64,000 nt of DNA, taken from the NCBI GenBank assembly GCA_017499595.2, contig CM039007.1:1984001-2048000 (forward strand). The letters are read 5' to 3'. Positions within the stretch are counted from its first letter, which is position 1. Every line of letters begins with the position of its first letter. Shown here piece by piece: positions 1 through 12,256 of this stretch. The position numbers and the translations under genes are program-made. This DNA is from Psilocybe cubensis. Its lineage: Eukaryota. A model generated the notes under the pieces. The model was not told the DNA's origin and did not search any database. It saw nothing but the letters and a program-made list of their open reading frames with translations.

Positions 1-1139
1 TACACGGCTCGCTCAAACGACGGATAATAGTGCTAACACAGCACTGCAAGGTACCTCAAACGTCATGTCTCGTCCACCAGCCTCGAGCAATATTCATGAA
101 GATCAAAGTCTTTCATTGGGCAGTAGTAACCATCTGAATGGGCTCCCTTCCAAGAGGCAAAGACGTCAAAAATAAGCCCTAACCAAACTATCTCTTGCCC
201 TCTGTAACATTAGACAGAATAGAATAGAAGTATTAGAGTACAGAGTATTTAATTTTTTTTTTTTTGTGCTCGCTGCATTTCGCCCCATTATGGGCGTACT
301 AGCTTACACCGGGGCGAAAAACCTGGGTCCGCTGAATACGAAAACCAGACGCTCAGTTCCCCGGGTCCGCTGAGCTGTAGCCTGTGCACACCAGATACAC
401 ATACTCCGGACCCGCTGAGGTGTGACCATACACACATCTATTCGACGGATCGACATGCACCACTGACCACAGTACGGCCTTTCCTTGTGTCTTACCATAC
501 AGCACACTGTTACACTGGAAAAGACTAACACACTCGATGGAATTGTAAATTTCTGTGTATCAGAGGGATGTTGTAGAGTATACGTACAAGCAACAGAAAC
601 TCGAGATGATGGTAGAAAGAGAGAGAGAAGGAATACTATTCTGAACAAGTAAAGGATAAACAGAAGACAGGCTGAATTTATAAAGCAAAGAACCAAAATC
701 AGAAGCTAAGTAAGTTACATAGCCTACGTAAATTACCGATAATACAAGAGATATTGTCAAGCGAAACATGGTTGATTCAAGAAAATGTAGGACCGGTGAG
801 AAATACAAGACGTGTAATCTGGGTAAGAGAAAGAGAGGCACCAAGTTCGCCTGACCCTGCTCGGTTCGCATATGCTCGGAAAGTCGAAAAGTGGTCTTAC
901 CCTAGAAATAGTGAAGGAAATGAGCTTGTAATAACTCGATTTCCATTTCTGTCATCTTGGTCTGGGAAAAATTGGCGAATCTGTGCAAAAAGCCGTGTAT
1001 ATAGTCGGGGGTCCATCGAGAAACAGCGTAAATCATTTCTTGCTTTGTAATCCCAAAGGCATGAAAGTCCTGCAAAAGGTGTATCATGGAAGGGGAACAG
1101 GAGTCGAGAAAGGATGCAATTGCATCATTTTCATTCGAG

Positions 1140-2310
1140 TCATAACGCGACGGTGGGCGGGATACGGTATTGGCTGACGATGAGGCTGGAAGTCTCACTG
1201 TTAACTCTGGTTGGGATGATGAAATTACCATACATACCATTGACGTTCTCCTCTAATCGTGAATCTGAGGAACTCGCCGATGTGGAAACCAACGGAACTA
1301 TTTCAGGAAGGGTAAGTTTACTACGGGCTGGTCCGGGCATCTTCAATGAATTGGGGGTTGGGTACACCTTTAGTTGGTAAAAAAAGGATGAAGGGCCGTT
1401 ATTTACTCACCCCTTTACGCTTCCGTACATTATAGCGCGCCATCTCAAGTCTCTCAATTATGTATTGCTCCACAAGATCAAGTCTTTCACTTTGATCATT
1501 TTGCAGTGAGTGGTTAAAAATATCGGGGTATGCTTTTAATACCTGTAGGAAAAAAAAAAAAAAAAAAACTGTAGTAAGTAAAGGTCCATGCAAATTAAAC
1601 ACATAGTCCGTGCCCACCGTTTGACGAAACAATTTCCGTTGTTCAACTTGAAGAGAAGGTGGCAAATCCAATGTTAAGCAATCCTGCCCAATTTTAATGA
1701 TGTCGTTCTGTGAAGCAATGAGGATAATGTGCATGAATAGTATTGGAAATACTAACGACGATGTCCGAGACTGCTTGGTCATTATTCAAGCATACTGAGT
1801 TAAGCATGGCTTTTAGCTGACGCTCGCCCTATGTCATGCACTGTTAGTGTGTTGTACATAGTGGTGAATAGTACTGTTGTACTTGGCCTGTCTCTGTCTT
1901 GCTCTGAATTGTTTGCATTTCTGGAAGATATGGGAGGGCTTATTGTCTGTTGGGGAATGATAGAGGGGCAAGGGAAAGTTCAAGTTCAACTTTACGATCC
2001 CTCTTGTATCCGCCAATTTGACTGTGACGCTGTTCAATCGCTGTTCGGATCCGATATATCTGATCATTCTGATGTGTGTTACTTTTTTTTAAACTCACCT
2101 GTCTGTCACCGTGCAGTGCGGCGCATTCAATGAATTTATTTTTAGTTTCCGTGGGCAGAGGGAATTGCCATCGCCGGAAAGGCTCGGGTACAAAGGAGAG
2201 ATCGACATTTACAGTTGGTCTGTTGGAGACTGTGTTTGATAGTAGGTTGGGATTGCATTGGGTGATGAATGTACCTTTTGGTATTGAGGTATGTGTTGGG
2301 TGAGTATTTT
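1140..2310 (-). other. Probable multi-exon hypothetical gene or decayed gene of unknown function
   Basis: Several minus-strand ORF pieces (1140-1367, 1399-1782, 1834-2067, ~2100-2300) are separated by short GT..AG intron-like gaps. No recognisable domain; boundaries approximate. Confidence 0.35.
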
Positions 2311-4232
2311 TGATATTTTGTTTAAAATTACAACTTTAAAGATCTTTCAGGGAAATTAATACACACATTCAATTGGACAAGCGCAACCAGCTGCGATTAC
2401 ACGCAACCATTTCAAACTGGAAGCCATAATCTGACACTGACTGATGTATGTTTATTCATGATGAAGGGGAGACACTGGGTAAATTCTGTATGACGTATAC
2501 TTTTGTTGCCACGTATGTAAATCGGGCATGGGTCAATGACAACATCTACCTTATTGTAGGAACCGCTAAATTCCTGCGAGCGGAACAACGACTTAGCAGT
2601 TGTATGAATCACCCAGAATGCAAGACTCACAAAACGACGAAGTCCAGCACCTTGGCGCCCAAACCCTGCCAAACATGTGAGAACACGCCGCGCGCTTGTC
2701 AGTCAAATCACACCCATCCCCTGTCTGGCGTTTCCATCCCAATGTTTTATCGTCCATTTTCATTCTCAATACCTTTCCACAATTTCATCTTCCTCCACTA
2801 TCTACCTATCACACTCGTCCTTGTATCTATCACACAAGAGTTACTCAACTTACAACCAACCGGGTAGCAGTGTTTTGTTTGTTCATGAAGCCGGTAGATA
2901 AAAATTCGTAAATAGAACTAGTATATAAGTAGTCGGGCAGTCTGTGAAAGCGGTAGTGGAAATTTACCCTCGAAAATTTGGTTTCTCTCCGCTCCTTGTA
3001 CGTTCTCAAAGCTTAGCTGGCTATCGAAGAAAATCTAGCAACGCTACCTAACTCTTGTAACCCTACTTGTAAGGTGAGCCGTTGCTACGCACGGCAGATA
3101 CGAGTCCTTGTGATCAATTCCGTTGGAATTTATCAGACATGTCGTTTAGGAGGGGCAGCATCCAGTATATTATAAGATTGTAATAGCTCCATCTAACTTG
3201 AAGACAAAGACTGGACTGAAAAGAATGAAATCACTAATGTTTAAGTTGTCCTATTGTAGATTTCCGAAGCATATTTCTCAAAAAAGTCAAAAACAAAACG
3301 AGATGTTAATATACAAAACATGTATTTGATTCGTTTTTATTTCGCGTATATCAATGGCCTCCAGCAGTGTAATCAACTAACTATTCATGGATTCTAGCCT
3401 CTTACAGGGAAGGATAAGCGGCATCCCAATCTAAAGAGAAAGCAATAGTCAATGCAGAAGCCTCTCAAATTCCAATGACGAACGACTGGAAATAGGATAA
3501 GAACTTGGCAAACGTCGATTCTGTCGACGTGCCTTCAGTTAAGAAGAAAAATGGAAATGGAAAGGAAACCACCACCACTAATGCTAAGAGTAACAAAAAG
3601 GCACTTACATCAGACGATCTGGCTGCAAAAGAGACCGAGAAACTGCAGGTACAAGGGAAGCGGACCGAAAGTAAAATTCTCATAGTTAGTAGTGAATTTT
3701 TGTAGATTCAACAGAAAGGTTGTATTATGGTGAATTTACATGTTTTACACTCATCGTTTGAAGAGTCTAATACTCTATCCTATCGTCGTCATCGTCTTCC
3801 TGTGCTCGTCTGGGAAAAGGAAGAAGATTATTTGAGAAATAAGGAAAGTGGATGACAGGATTGGGGTTTGGAAACCACCTGGCGAACCAGATCATCATTG
3901 GTGTATGTTGAAGGTGTGGTGTGAGGGTGGGGTTCGCGGAAATTTGAATGCATGAATTTGACAAGACTGAGATTGTTTGTGGATAGTGTTGCTGTGATAT
4001 TCTCATCTTTCATCTTGCCATCGGTGGGTTCTTCGCCGTGGCGAGCTTCCAGATTTGACGAAACGTCCTCTTCGCCAAAAACCTCAGCCACATTTGACTC
4101 TGCATGCGAGGTCCCTTCTTGATCTGATGTTCTCAAGTTGGTGGCGACGTCAGTCTGGTCTTTGGCGAGTTCAGTGTCTTTGGGCGAGATGTGATGGCAA
4201 GCGGGATTACATTGTCCAAAGTCAATGTCAAT

Positions 4233-4341
4233 TAGTACTTAGTACATAGTAGACATCCTAGTGTAGAAAGGTGAGGAACGCTCACCCGTGCGTCTTAGCA
4301 CATCGATTGCTTGTTGCACGATAATAGATAGATTACAAACA
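4233..4341 (+). mobile_element. 109-bp extremely 5'-truncated non-LTR retrotransposon (LINE 3' tail) with 15-bp TSD
   Basis: Flanked by aaagtcaatgtcaat at 4218-4232 and 4342-4356. Internal ctcacccgtgcgtcttagca..ttgcttgttgcacgataata is the reverse complement of the LINE 3' end at ~50604-50670. Confidence 0.85.
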
Positions 4342-4512
4342 AAAGTCAATGTCAATGGGTTGATCCGAAGTACCTCCATACCACTGGTGTTGGCTGGCTT
4401 CTAACTTTTCCCGCGAATGAACAGGAATGTAGGGCATCTTATCAGCATCAATCTCCGCCGAGGAATCCGAATCCTTATCACCAAATTTCTCGCCCTGTTC
4501 GTCCTGTCCGCC

Positions 4513-4737
4513 CTTCTCGCCTTCTTCGCCGTTCTCGTTCTCTTCGCCGTTCTCGTTCTCTTCCCCGTTCTCGTTCTCTTCCCCGTTCTCGTTCTCTTCG
4601 CCGTTCTCGCCCTCTTCGCCGTTCTCGTTCTCTTCGCCGTTCTCGCCCTCTTCGCCGTTCTCTCCCTCTTCGCCGTTCTCGTTCTCTTCGCCGTTCTCGC
4701 CCTCTTCGCCGTTCTCGCTCTCTTCACCGTTCTCGCC
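4513..4737. repeat. 18-bp tandem minisatellite (~12 copies, ttcgccgttctcgttctc-like) encoding G-E-E-N/G-E-N repeats on the minus strand
   Basis: Directly visible repeat; matches the EENENG/EEGENG tract of ORF 4333..5559. Confidence 0.95.
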
Positions 4738-7700
4738 AATCCCGGTTTCATCACCAACCTTGCCCGAAGACTTAGAGAAAAGTCCTTTGCTGTCAAGAAT
4801 TTTGGTTTGAGAGTCAGTTTGAATTCCTTGGTCCTTTGTACTCCCGCGGCGAAATGGGCAGGGACCTTCTTCCCCTCTGTGGTAGGTATCATCGTGCATG
4901 TTCTCCATCGTTATTTCAACACCGACTAATTTATGAAGGACATCACTATGATAGGAATGCAGGACTTCGAATTTGTTTGAGAGCATGTCTATAGCAGCCA
5001 TGGAAAACGCCATTTTCGCTGCAATATAGTCGAAGCCATGGTCGTGATTAGCCAATTGCTTGTCGATTCGCTTCATGACTTTGTTCATCTTAGTGATATT
5101 CTTCTCTAATCGGGCCAGGCGATCTTCATTAGGGTAAGCTTCATTATCTGCATCTGCTTTGTTGTCTTCCCAATTGCGAATATATGTCGGCCGTGTAGGT
5201 AGTGGGCCTGCTGGAGCACGAGCTTCACTTCGCGCCATATCTTCTGCCACCCATGCTTCCCAATTCCTGGCAAATTCTTCTACAAAGATGTAAGCATACA
5301 ATTTGCATAATACTGGATGAATTCTTACCAATGTCTTTAGCCGCTCTCGCAGATTTCTCGGGAGGAAGTGAGCTAGACGATGCTTTGGGTGGTGCGGTGT
5401 ACCTTGGTATGGCTTCCCATGATTTGAGTACGTTCTCTGTTTTGATCTTAGCCTCAGTGTAGACAAACTGATAATGTACCTTACCCATAGGATGTTTGTC
5501 TTGGTTGGTTTGGGAAGAATTGAGGTCTGCGGTCTGCTCGGATATAGGTTGCTTTCCATTGCTGTGCTTTGGATCTCTCAGCGCCGGCGAGTGATGTTGA
5601 GGGTCGTGATGGCCACAATTTTCATCTGGTTCAGGTGAGCCGGTTTCGCGTTTAGGCCTTTTTTGGCGATGCAATGGTTTTCCATGTTTTCTAGCTTCTT
5701 CAACAGGACCTGTGATATCTTCGTTCGCCTCAGGCAGCCTCCTCACAATAGTATCCCCTCGATTGTCACAGCGAACCCGATGCGAACCACAATAAAAGCA
5801 AGAGTACCCTTTATATGTGACACGGCAATTAATATTGCGATCTGCGCACTGAGCGCAGGGTTGGAGATGGACATAGTTGGTTGGAACAGGAGGTGTGCGA
5901 TCCTGCTTTGTTTCAGAGCGGCCTTGCACCTTTATGTTCGTTTTAACGTTGGAATGTGGGGCGGGTTCTGGAGTAAGTTTGCGACCAAAGTTTTCAGTAG
6001 ACGTTGGACCCTTTGCTACTGCTGCCATGGCTCGTGTGATTCGTTTTCCAGATGAAGTGTCCGACGAGGGTGCAGGTGCTATAACACGAGTGTCTGGCGG
6101 ATTGATATTAGAGGGAATATCTGATGGAACATATCCATCTTCGTTATTGTTGTCGCTTGAGTTTTCAATAGATACAAGTGTTTTTGGTGGTGGAAGTTCG
6201 GGGCTGGCTTGCCTGGCCTGTTGCACTCGACGTTTCTTAAGTGGAGGTGACGGTTCTCTAATGAGTGCGGAATGGTTTGCACTGTCGTTGACGATTGTCT
6301 CTGCGACTGTCTTGGTTTTCTCAGCGCTACTAGACCGCGAGCGCTTATTGGCGACTTGGTGTCGAGACTTTCTTGTCGTGCGTCTTGGACCCTCAGAGTC
6401 TTGGCGAATTCGGCTGCCCTCGCCATCCACATTTTGGCGAACGTGCACTTCTGAATGCTGGTCATCCTTGCCTTCTAATGTGGGCTTCTGTACTGGTTCA
6501 TCGTGCGGATCATCGATCTCACGTTGCAGATTTTGGCAGTATTCGAGAAACTCGTGGCTGCGATGCTCTCTCTTGCGGAAAGCGTGTCCATAAGCACTCA
6601 GAAAGGCGAAAAGGAAGTTATACTGGGGCTTTTCTTTTTCCTCCTTGAAGCGACCGCAGGTTGTGGCAACCGCTTTCTAAATTGTTGTCTCGGTGTATGG
6701 TCAACATGTAAAAAGAATATAACTCACTGCTGTTTCCAAGTGCGAATCCATAACTTTAGCAACATCACCATCGACAAGGCTCTTCCGAATTTTTTGATCA
6801 AGTATCTTTATCGCCTCCTGGAACGTTGATAGATTATGGATAGATTGGAGCTCAGTGGATTCAGACATTATGGAAGGATTTGGATTTGAGGTTGTATCGT
6901 AGCGGAAAGATAGAATTGTAATGTCTGACAAGCTAAAATGATTTTCTCGCGGCTGACGCCGGCATGCTCGATCAGCATTGACTCTGCACTGCTCAATCAA
7001 TTTGTAAGGTCGATTGTCTGGTTGACATGCCTCCTCAAAAAAACTCTTACTACTAGTGTCATCTTGATTTCGCCAGTTCCGAGAGGTTATAGGTTGATTA
7101 GTGGTCCAGGTGGTCAAGAGTACTTGGTGCCTTGCCATCTGGTTGAAGACATAAATCGTTTTTTTTTCTTTCTTTTGAATCCTATGAACATAAAAAAGGA
7201 TGGGTTTAGAAAGGACAATGGCATCGGTACTATATACTCATCTTGTCCTGTGTCTATTGTACTGACTTTCGCATTTGAAAAGGAAGAAAACACACATATG
7301 GAGACCGCCGCATCCCATAAAGGAGGCACATTTACTTCTCCCACCAAACCTTCTGTAAGCATCCGCTTTTCTATACAGATTTTAAAATTGGACATATCTG
7401 AAAGGCTATTGGCACTCAGGATTTGGCGCAATTAGGGCTACATGCCGATGTCATAGCTCTTCAAGAATTGCTTGACATTTCGTAACAGGACGCAGCACAT
7501 AGGCTTTATCTGGCCGAAATAGAAAAGTGCAAAATGGGACATCAGACATTGGTTGCACTCAGACGCATTCAGGAAGATATTGATAAATGTATAAAAGGGT
7601 TCGAAGATTATTGTAAGAAAGGAAAATGAATACATAATATAGTTTTTTTATAAAAAATATTAAGTGATGAGGTGGGCGAGCCGGCTGGCGAGCACGAAAA

Positions 7701-7865
7701 TAAAGGCGAACGGTATATTATTATCATTTTCACATATCGTTTTTACGACGTAAAAATTGATGAGCGCCAGCAGTGAAAGTGAAACATTTGTATCGTCAGG
7801 CTTGACGAGGGTAAAAACAAAAGAAGGTAACAATAGATCTAACCAAGTCGTGCCACATTACACAC

Positions 7866-9968
7866 TCACGTCGCTCTCCCCGCCAGTGATAAGTAGTGAC
7901 TGCGCTAAAATTTAATGGAAAAGAGGGCTTGTTCAGAACCATTCAAAAAAAGGGATATGGACCACAACGTACCACCTGCACAATCTGCGACTTTGCAGGT
8001 TCGGGTATGTTGTCGATATGTTCCTGAGTCATACCCAACACTATCGATATAGCCTATAATATTCCCATTCACAACCACAACAGTGTAATTGAAAAGAATA
8101 GAGAAAATTGCATGTAAAACGGAACAAGTCATGAGGAAACATAAGACAACCTGTCAGTAAACAAACACTCACACGTTGTTGTTCTGGATCCATCTCCACA
8201 AATGCCGTTGCTATTTGCGCAAGCTGTTGTTGCTGCTTTATTAACGGAGGTTCGACAAGTGTAAGTGGGGAGGTACAAGGCGACAACGACGGGTCGTGGC
8301 AGATCCTATGTAACTCAAGGAGATATTGGGCATGCGCATGGGGTTTTACGGCAATCGACGATTGCTCCCGTGTCGTTGGCATCAACTGACTTGAGGAATA
8401 ATGCAGGCCATGCAATGGGGAGTATGGCGTATACAGTGGGTATTGGCTATCTGAACCTGTTGGTCCTTGGTCGATTGGAGATTGAGTTAGAGAACTACCA
8501 GCCGCAGCGGGTCGTCGCGAGGAAGCGAGCATACGTTCAATCATAATTGGATCAACAAATCGATTCAGTACGAGGGAATGGCAAAGTGCGTAGGCTAGCT
8601 GTGGGTACCTAATGAGCAGCGTTCGAGCTTTTTCAGGATATGTGATCACGAAAGCCTGAAAATGAAAAAGACAAAGGTTCCAATCAATACAAAACACCGC
8701 AAACAATGACGTTAAAACAGAAACTCAAATTCCGTTGCTCACCTTCATCTGAGCCAGGGCCTCGCGAACTTTACTCTCCGGTAACTCAGCCACGATCCAT
8801 TTAATGTGGTCAAGTGCTGAAACACCACTCGGGATGGTTATCCCAGGTGGGATATTCGCTAAAAATGTATCATTGTCATTCCACTGCCCTTTACCCCCGT
8901 CATTTGCATCCAAATGCATTCGGCTACGGTATTCGGATGACCCAGTGTAACCCCTATCCATTATACGGCCTCTAACAGTCGTTTTTCCTTCCAGAAGAGG
9001 GTCCAAATCGGCCAAATCGACACGCAATGAACGACCTCCGCAGTCCGTATTATTGAGATTACGAACAGCCAAAAGAGCAGTCTCGTGATCTTTGACATGA
9101 AAAGACAAGTGTCGCGTACGTGTGGTAGATATTGAAGCAGAGACAATGCAGTTTGCAGTTTCGGTGTTGATATACAAGGACAACGGGATGGGGTCGCGAA
9201 TTAAAGTTTGATACGCACATAACAGTAAAGTATAACTGATTGCGCGGGTAAAAGGATTTCACATCAAGGAGATTTCAATGGATATAGGGTATACACATAA
9301 CCATAACGGTCGCAGTATTCGAGGTAATCGAGCCAAGAACAAGCCGTGATTTGATTTTTGTTATGATTAGTGCGTTGTACACACATTGAAATATATTGGG
9401 TTTCACGAAGAATGTATCATTCGAAAAAGGATGCGGCACATTGTTGTAATTCGTGGATATGAGGAGTGAGGTTAATTCTGGGTAAGTTAAGTAATTCGAA
9501 ATTCGACACTCACGCGTTTGGGTGTATTTGAGACATACAAGACAATCGTGACAACAGAGTTGATATAATCGCATCCCATTAAGTAGTGTAGGAATGAATA
9601 AAAGAGAAACTTAAAGATCAGACATAATACGTGTTGATAGGCAGGAAGAAGCGAGATAGAAGTACCTGCAAATTCACAAAAGCCATAACCTTTTGGTTTT
9701 TCTGTGTCTCTGTCGAAGGCGAGCCTGTATAGAAGAGTGTATAGAGTTTAGTTGTAACCTCTCCCGAACAAGAATACGAAATACGATACCTAAATCCTAC
9801 AACCTGACCAACAGCCTTGAAAATAATCACAATTTGTTCTTCTGTCATGTTAAAAGGCACATTGCCAACTTACAGGTCACCAATACGGACAGAGAAATGA
9901 GACGAAAAGGATTTGAGCACTCCAATAAAATACGCACCAAACACCACACGACTTTTGCTGTTAGACAT
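7866..9968 (-). CDS. RNA15-like: Rna15/CstF-64-like mRNA 3'-end processing protein (RRM + hinge + C-terminal domain), diverged paralogue
   Basis: Spliced translation MSNSKSRVVF/VGNVPFNMTEEQIVIIFKAVGQVVGFR/LAFDRDTEKPKGYGFCEFA/DHETALLAVRNLNN.. contains RNP2 and RNP1. Hinge AFVITYPEKARTLLIRYPQLAYAL; C-terminal VLGMTQEHIDNIPEPAKSQIVQV/RSHY..; stop at 7866-7868. Confidence 0.85.
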
Positions 9969-11119
9969 AACAATGTCACTGTACAAACGTTTTACTGGAG
10001 CTTAATATATCAAATGCAGAGCAAGTGTCGTCAATCAATTGATTTACCGTAGACGTATCTTGTGACCCTGGAATATACCGACGTACCCGATGACTGTAGA
10101 ATTGTATTTGTAGACGGGAATGTCTATGTATATGGGAACGTCCGCACTCCAAACTCGTCTACCGAAGGATATCCGAACCTTCGCACGGTGCGTTCATCGC
10201 CTTTCACAGATGCCATACAACCCGATATGTTTAGTGCGCCACAGAACAGGATAGCCCATCAAGAAACAATAGTAATAATCCATTTGGTTATATACTGTCA
10301 GCGCATCGGCGTCAACCATCATTTCTCACCGTTTACTATACATACACAAAGTCCATCAGAATCATCATGTAACTTATACTTCAACATGCCGTTGAATAGT
10401 CTACGCAAGATCTGCCAACGAACTAGATACTTTGTTCCATCCAATCTCAGATTATGTAAAATCAGAGTCATCTCGAAATTCGTTCAATTGACCAGACTGT
10501 ATACAAATCAAAGTTTAGCTAAAGGACTCGGGACTCAGATGACTACTGGCTCCGTGTTAGCTGTCTTCTCTCGATTTACGAGAAAACGCAAATGCTCGCC
10601 AGACCGATCAAACCGTATTCAATGATTCTCGGAGAAAACCAAAGAAAATGATCTACAACGGTCTATCATTTACGTAATTTTTGAGTCTGACTTTGAAGCT
10701 CTCCCCTCCCCGGGGAGCTCCTCTATGGGCTTGTCCGGAATTCTGTTGATTTTTGGGTATCAAATCCGCGAAACCGGACATACCTTCTCAGCAGGTGTAC
10801 TTCCAAATATGGAAATTTCTCTCCCTGTGGGTGTCAATCAGTCGATCGACACCGACCAAATTATAGCAAAAAAAAAAAAAAAAGTACGGTAATGGTACTA
10901 TTTGATGACCGTGTATGATGAATTTCTTGTCTTTTTCTCTCTATTTAGACTCAATTTGAAATGCGAAAATATTCTTTGATGGTCAAGAATACGAATACTA
11001 TACTTTTTATTGTTATTTCTTATAGGTTCAACTAGGATAACCAATTGAAATCGAATCATCTCTCAAGAGTAACCCAAACTAGTACAGAACAACAAAAAGT
11101 CTGTTTTGAATGTCCGAAA

Positions 11120-11906
11120 TTACATGGAAAGACTATTAATGCCATTATCAAAATCTAAAATGAAAGACTGCGAATGCGAGACTGAAGCCATTCCAGGATC
11201 AACGTCAAGACCTGGTTGAAAAATCACCAGGTCTTTGGCGACTCTGGTAACGTCTGTATCAACAGGGCCATTGAAATGCATCTCAGATACGAAAGGTAAG
11301 TGGCTCATGTCACTAACGAAACTGACAGATCGGCACAAGCCTTCTTCGTTGGGTGCTCTGGGACGGTTGAGGTAGGTACCCTCAGAATGAATAACTGACC
11401 CAGATTTATGGCAAAACCGTAATAGTTCGGCAACTTTCGTGTTTAAATTTATATAAACATTGGAAAAAATGTCCATTTTAATCGAAGTACAAGTTGTATT
11501 TGTTTGTTTACGGGGTGCTCTAGCTCCGGTGATGTGGCTGTAAAAAATTGGATCTCTGGGTTCGAAGCTGTCGATAGTGAACCGAGGACGGGCTTTGTGT
11601 TTATTTTGGTAGTCTGCGATAACGTGTCGCNNNNNNNNNNNNNNNNNNNNNNNNNNNNNNNNNNNNNNNNNNNNNNNNNNNNNNNNNNNNNNNNNNNNNN
11701 NNNNNNNNNNNNNNNNNNNNNNNNNNNNNNAAACCCCAGATGTACCTGACGTACGACTGAACAATTTCTCGAGTGAGACGTGAAGTCCCTCTCATTGCGA
11801 TCAACTGTTCTAAGTGACAGAACGACATTATCCGGTAGATTAAATTTGGGGGTAAACATGCCATCGAAGTGAAAAGAGTATCCTTTGCGTAGTCGTGGTC
11901 GGCCAT
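11120..11906 (-). CDS. Hypothetical protein with possible N-terminal F-box-like segment, spanning an assembly gap
   Basis: ORF 11601-11906 begins ..MACLPPNLIYRIMSFCHLEQLIAMRGTSRLTREIVQSY (LP..l...I.s.l..L..l..TS pattern of F-boxes). An open frame resumes after the N gap to 11120; continuity cannot be verified. Confidence 0.35.
11631..11730. other. Assembly gap (100 N)
   Basis: Run of n characters. Confidence 1.
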
Positions 11907-12256
11907 TCGAATATATTGTTCGGTAGCAACAGAACACTTCTTCGCTGTACGATGATATATACGACGAATCAGTCAGAAAATTGCTCGTAAGCATCCTCCC
12001 ACTTACGTGCGACGTATTACTCATATTACTAATCTTAATTACGTTGCAAAAAGCACAACCATCCCGCATTTGGATCAAATTGTATTATATCATCACGATT
12101 ACTATACCCTTCCAAAGTTGAAAAAACATTGGCCTTAGCATTGTAGACACATTTTACGACATGATACAGCTATAAAAGAATATACTTCAACAGGTTATAT
12201 TCGATTGTACCAGTTGAACGACCCCTTCTTATCACATTTTACACTCGACTTCCATT

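Larger units (their letters stand above)
3828..6868 (-). pseudogene. Low-complexity protein with a Zn(II)2Cys6-like motif and acidic EENENG repeats; interrupted by a LINE 3'-tail insertion and probably frameshifted after exon 1
   Basis: ATG at 6868 (MSESTELQ). Motif CAQCADRNINCRVTYKGYSCFYCGSHRVRC lies in the 407-aa ORF. A short GTAAG..TAG intron joins it to the 408-aa ORF (..KDI/EEFARNW..). Removing insertion 4233-4341 plus one TSD copy fuses ..PIDIDF to GQCNPACH..RTSDQEG in frame down to 3828. Exon 1/2 phases do not match as read. Confidence 0.6.

Noticed and set aside
281-303. Hairpin plus CTAG as a canonical Helitron1 3' end
   Set aside because: Stem is only 5 bp, CTAG is 2 nt from the stem and is followed by C rather than T; retained only as a weak motif observation.
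4401-4929. Hydrophobic (FAVLVL)n and basic (AKRART)n ORFs
   Set aside because: Alternative-frame and antisense readings of the 18-bp repeat in the EENENG-coding exon.
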